NCBI GenBank assembly: GCA_934141575.1
Contig: CAKPCJ010000002.1
Span: 3,899 to 67,898, forward strand
DNA: 64,000 nt
Direction: 5' to 3'
From: an uncultured Bacilli bacterium
Lineage (GTDB): Bacteria > Bacillota_I > Bacilli_A > RF39 > UBA660
In this document: piece by piece, positions 60,151 through 64,000 of the stretch
Layout of the letters: every line of letters begins with the position of its first letter
How positions within the stretch are numbered: the stretch's first letter is position 1
Notes under the pieces: generated by a model
The model's input: the letters and a program-made list of their open reading frames with translations, nothing else
Database searches by the model: none
Told to the model about the DNA's origin: nothing
Position numbers and translations under genes: made by a program

Positions 60151-62034
60151 TTATTTATTTCTATATTTTAAATAAATAGCAAAACCATTTAGTATACTTA
60201 TAAAATTAGAATCTAGTTCCAACTTGTCCAATGATTCAATGGACAAATCAAATAGTTTTTCTTGAATCCTAGTAGCGTATTCATAAGCACCTGATTCTAT
60301 AAAAATGTTTTTAACATTAGTTAAAGCATCAACAGTCAAATTACTTTTCCCATAATATTTTAGTAATTCTGGTAAATATTCTCTTGCACTATCATAAATA
60401 TATGAAAATAAGATCGTTTGTTTAAACTCAGATACATCAGTAGAAACAGATTTATCAGAAGAATTTCCATATATTCCAAGGATATCATCCTTTATTTGAA
60501 AAGCAATACCCAAATTACTAAGTAATTCATCAAAGGAATCATCACATTTACCAGCTAAACACATTCCCAAGTGAAATGGGCCAATTACAGAATAATAAGC
60601 AGTTTTAAGTTTATATATTTCAAATATGTTTTTTTCTAAATCAGAAAACTTATCAAAATATTTAACCCTAAATGGCAATTCAACATCCAATATTTCGCCC
60701 CTTATAGTATTAATAACTATGTTATTATACTCATTTATAACAGATAATAAATTTTTGTTACTATTATAATTATCAAGTATTATTTTATTAACGAGATAGA
60801 AACCCAAATCTCCAATACAAATTCCCATTGAATTAGAAAAATCTTTCTTTTGGTTTTTATTTAAAAAATTATATTTTTCAGAATACTTAACAGGTATTGT
60901 ATCTTTTCCACGTCTTTTATTAGAGTCATCTATTATATCATCATGAATTAAAATAGAAGTTTGAAATAGTTCATATGCACTAGCTAACGCTAAATAGTTA
61001 TCATCATTACCACCATAAATTCGATATGCAAGGGATATAAGATACGCTCTAATATACTTGCCATCTGAATTCATTCTAACCAATTCAGAAATAGCGTTAT
61101 TTAAAATATCATTAGAATTATTCTCTAACATCTCCAAATTATACTTTTTTTGATTTTCCATGCATTTTGTTTTAACAGAATTATAATCTATATAAAACTC
61201 AATAACATTTTTGTATTCCTCTAACTCATGCTTCATAGTAGAAGCCCCAGCAGTTATACCAATATTTGTATCATTTGTAATATTATGTGTTGATAAAAAT
61301 TCAAATAATTCTTCAATACTAGAAATTAAATAACTACAGCAATAAGATGAACAAACATTTAGTAACTCTCTAGTATTAGAACTATTTTTACCCCCAATAA
61401 CTATCATAAAATCGGATTCTTTTGCAACATCAATTGAAGCCTTTTGAATAGAAGAACTAGCACCACAAATACTATTTACAAATTCTATATTTTTATCACT
61501 AAACTTTTTGCACAAATCATTATAAAGCCATAATGCTTTATTTCCGTTAAATGTTGTCTGGCATATAATAAAAATATTATTATTATCAATATTCAAAGTT
61601 TTAATATCATCTTGATCTTCAACTATATATGCCGAATCACAACACCATCCATTAGTACCCACAACCTCCGGATGATTTTTTTTACCTATTATAATTATAG
61701 AGTACCCTGACTTATATTTTTCATAAACCTGATCATGTATTTTAACTACTTTTTTACAGGTTGCATCATAATATTCAATATTATTACTATTTAAATAATC
61801 GTATGTTTCTTTCTTTTCACCATGTGCTCTTATAACAACACACCTACCATTAACTGATGACAAATCATCAATACACGAAATACCTTGTTTTTCTAATAAA
61901 TTTATTACATTTTTATTGTGCAAAATTTCTTTATAAACACATACATTTTTCCCTTGCTTAACTAAATTTAAAGCAAGATCAATTGCATTCTTTGAACCAG
62001 CACAAGTTCCACATACTTTAGAAACTCTTATCAT
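60151..62034 (-). CDS. ispH: Fusion protein: 4-hydroxy-3-methylbut-2-enyl diphosphate reductase (IspH/LytB) + trans-polyprenyl diphosphate synthase
   Basis: The N-terminal 300 aa or so carry the IspH blocks CGTCAGS (Cys1), DATC (Cys2), HPEVVGT, NSICGASSS (Cys3) and GGKNSSNTREL. The C-terminal 330 aa or so carry FARM LIHDDIIDDSNKRRG and SARM-like FQIKDDILGIYG. Start is chosen at MIRVSK (GGTGA RBS) rather than the track's upstream MMQ. Confidence 0.65.
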   Translation of the reverse strand: MIRVSKVCGTCAGSKNAIDLALNLVKQGKNVCVYKEILHNKNVINLLEKQGISCIDDLSSVNGRCVVIRAHGEKKETYDYLNSNNIEYYDATCKKVVKIHDQVYEKYKSGYSIIIIGKKNHPEVVGTNGWCCDSAYIVEDQDDIKTLNIDNNNIFIICQTTFNGNKALWLYNDLCKKFSDKNIEFVNSICGASSSIQKASIDVAKESDFMIVIGGKNSSNTRELLNVCSSYCCSYLISSIEELFEFLSTHNITNDTNIGITAGASTMKHELEEYKNVIEFYIDYNSVKTKCMENQKKYNLEMLENNSNDILNNAISELVRMNSDGKYIRAYLISLAYRIYGGNDDNYLALASAYELFQTSILIHDDIIDDSNKRRGKDTIPVKYSEKYNFLNKNQKKDFSNSMGICIGDLGFYLVNKIILDNYNSNKNLLSVINEYNNIVINTIRGEILDVELPFRVKYFDKFSDLEKNIFEIYKLKTAYYSVIGPFHLGMCLAGKCDDSFDELLSNLGIAFQIKDDILGIYGNSSDKSVSTDVSEFKQTILFSYIYDSAREYLPELLKYYGKSNLTVDALTNVKNIFIESGAYEYATRIQEKLFDLSIESLDKLELDSNFISILNGFAIYLKYRNK

Positions 62035-62147
62035 CTTATCACCCACATACACTAAGAATATTATATCATATAAACTTTTTAATTGCATCATTTAAGCAAT
62101 TTGGAATATAATATATTTGTATTTACTTCAAGGGGGAAAAAATAACA

Positions 62148-62888
62148 ATGCTAGAAAGAGAGATTTTAAACAATTTAGATTGTTTTATAATAGTAAAAGA
62201 CAAAGATGAAAAAATTATATACTACAACAAAGATTTAGCTTTAAAATTATCACTACAAGTTAAAAAAGACAATGAATTAGAATACAATGGAAAACATTAC
62301 AAAACATCAACAATTAAATTAGACAGTAACTTAACAATAGAAATGTATACTGATATAACAAAATATAAAGAAAACATAGAATATTATTCAAATAAATTAA
62401 AAAAGGATCAATTGACTAATCTTTACAACAGACATGTTTTAAATAATGCCTTTAAAAATATGTTAGAAAATAATATACCATTTTCCATAATATTATGTGA
62501 CATAGATTATTTCAAAAAAATAAATGATAAATATGGTCATATAGAAGGCGACAATGCTCTAAAATATATAAGTGAAATTCTTAGATCTTCTACTAGAAAA
62601 ACTGATTACATTATAAGATATGGTGGTGAAGAATTTCTAATAATATTACCATATTGCAATAAAGAAGTAGCTGAAGAAATAGCTAATAATATAAAACAAA
62701 AACTAAATAATAACGTATTTACGCTTTCAAATAATAGTAAATCAATAAAAATAACAATGACCTTTGGCATAACAGAACTTAATGAAAATAAAAACATCAC
62801 CAGTCTAATAAAAGAAGCTGATGATGCATTATATCAAGGTAAAACATCAGGAAGAAATAAAGTAAAAGTTTACAGCAATAAGAACTAG
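62148..62888 (+). CDS. Diguanylate cyclase (GGDEF domain) with short N-terminal sensor region
   Basis: 246 aa; active-site RYGGEEFLIILP (GGEEF) and the upstream DxLT-type motif QLTNLYNR. Confidence 0.8.
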   Translation: MLEREILNNLDCFIIVKDKDEKIIYYNKDLALKLSLQVKKDNELEYNGKHYKTSTIKLDSNLTIEMYTDITKYKENIEYYSNKLKKDQLTNLYNRHVLNNAFKNMLENNIPFSIILCDIDYFKKINDKYGHIEGDNALKYISEILRSSTRKTDYIIRYGGEEFLIILPYCNKEVAEEIANNIKQKLNNNVFTLSNNSKSIKITMTFGITELNENKNITSLIKEADDALYQGKTSGRNKVKVYSNKN

Positions 62889-63661
62889 TTTTTATTGCTT
62901 ATTTTTTCTTTTGTTCCTAACATCAATATAAGTATTAAACCTATAATCCAAATAAAAGTACTTATAATAGATATATTGCATTCCTTAGTAATAGAGCCAT
63001 CCAAAACAGATACTACATTATCAGTAAGTGAAGATGGTATAAAATATTTTATTTTAGAAAACATATTTAACATTAAAATACCAAAATAAAATGAAAAATT
63101 AAGTACCATACTTTGTGTAGTAGACTTACTAAAATTAGAAATAAAATTAATCATTATAACAAAAAATACTATAAATAAATACAAAGAAATCAGACTATAA
63201 AACCAATGCGTTGGAAATGCAGCTTTAAACAAAATATAAGTTGTAACAAGAAATACAATTATAGATAAAAAATATGATATGGTAACAACAATTAATTGTG
63301 CTACAACATGTGATAAGATAAATTCCCTTTTATTAATTCCATTCATTTTTAAAACTAGATATGTACCACTAGTTTTTTCTTTTATAATACTAGATGCAAA
63401 CATAATAATAAGAATAAATATAAACATTTCAGCCAAATTGCCATTTAATTGCACATAAGAATCTATATAAGTTGCAGTGCCTAACAATGCTGATAACTCT
63501 CCTAAATCTTCACCAAACAATTTTAATAACTCTTGAACTATTTTAGCCGATATTGGACTCACAATAGCAAATCCTATTAATACAAGAAATATAATCAGAA
63601 ATTTTTTAGCCCTAAATATTGAGGTTAAATCTTTTTTTAATAAACACTTAATTTTTTTCAT
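62885..63661 (-). CDS. ABC-2 family transporter permease
   Basis: 258 aa, 6 TM helices. Co-transcribed with an upstream ABC ATPase (14-nt overlap). Confidence 0.6.
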   Translation of the reverse strand: MKKIKCLLKKDLTSIFRAKKFLIIFLVLIGFAIVSPISAKIVQELLKLFGEDLGELSALLGTATYIDSYVQLNGNLAEMFIFILIIMFASSIIKEKTSGTYLVLKMNGINKREFILSHVVAQLIVVTISYFLSIIVFLVTTYILFKAAFPTHWFYSLISLYLFIVFFVIMINFISNFSKSTTQSMVLNFSFYFGILMLNMFSKIKYFIPSSLTDNVVSVLDGSITKECNISIISTFIWIIGLILILMLGTKEKISNKN

Positions 63662-64000
63662 TTTTGCTTACCTCCGATACAAATATATCTTCTAATCCCT
63701 GTTTCTTTATATCTATTGAATTAACACATATTTTACTTTTTAAAAGAATATCAAATATAATTAATTGTTCATTTTTTATATCATCAGACTCTATTTCAAC
63801 CAAATTTGAATTAACTTCTATTTCTTTACCATATTTTTTCTTAAATTTATCTAAATCTTCACCATTCATAAATTCAATAATTAACTTATTTGTAGATATA
63901 GATATCTCATTAACTTTTTTATCTAGCAATATTTTTCCACCATCAATTATTATTATTTGATCACATATTCTCTCAGCATCACTTAATATATGTGAAGAAA
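63648..64000 (-). CDS. ABC transporter ATP-binding protein (C-terminal part; gene continues beyond window end)
   Basis: The minus-strand frame stays open past 64000 and reads ...SDAERICDQIIIIDGGKILLDKKVNE... (H-loop/D-loop region of an ABC ATPase), followed by a C-terminal accessory domain. Confidence 0.6.
   Translation of the reverse strand, partial: SSHILSDAERICDQIIIIDGGKILLDKKVNEISISTNKLIIEFMNGEDLDKFKKKYGKEIEVNSNLVEIESDDIKNEQLIIFDILLKSKICVNSIDIKKQGLEDIFVSEVSKNEKN

Noticed and set aside
62034-62091. Upstream start (MMQLKS...) for the IspH fusion gene given in the ORF track
   Set aside because: There is no RBS before the upstream ATG. GGTGA precedes the internal ATG (MIRVSK), which also aligns with the IspH N-terminus, so the shorter start is preferred.
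1-64000. Searched for CRISPR arrays, IS elements/transposases, integrases and prophage genes
   Set aside because: No regular short repeat-spacer arrays, terminal inverted repeats with transposase ORFs, or tyrosine/serine recombinase motifs were seen. The accessory blocks are therefore called islands only on gene content and synteny, not on mobility genes.

Overview
The window is a 64-kb chromosomal segment from a low-GC Bacillota genome (Clostridia, Tissierellia or Bacilli-like). Genes are tightly packed and mostly on the minus strand.

The housekeeping backbone is recognisable from the protein sequences and from RNA motifs read directly in the DNA:
- rny, recA, pgsA, a RodZ-like gene, a type-B RNase P RNA (rnpB) hidden in an apparent intergenic gap, then gpsB, recU and ponA in the conserved Firmicute arrangement.
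- holA, scpA/scpB, polA, comEA/comEC, a SEDS-family (FtsW/RodA) gene, def, smc and rnc.
- yidD, ftsK, and glmS with its upstream glmS ribozyme.
- an SPFH/NfeD pair, a GGDEF cyclase, and tRNA-Leu(CAA) and tRNA-Ser(GCU).

Between these core genes sit several blocks of uncharacterised genes that look accessory:
1. 13.8-15.2 kb: a thermolysin-motif HExxH protein and a small Cys-rich protein in front of an asymmetric heterodimeric ABC exporter.
2. 16.0-18.6 kb, next to tRNA-Leu: two mini kinase-like proteins flanking a protein whose N-terminus resembles DarT/ADP-ribosyltransferases.
3. 25.3-31.0 kb, between polA and comEC: a 1301-aa cytoplasmic protein with a C-terminal Pol-beta-type nucleotidyltransferase core, followed by a GNAT, a protein with a ParB/DGQHR-like motif, and a small ORF. 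This is the best candidate for an undescribed conflict or defence module.
4. 56.9-62.0 kb: an IspH-polyprenyl-synthase fusion co-oriented with three secreted or anchored Cys-rich unknown proteins.

No CRISPR array, integrase, transposase or IS element was found.
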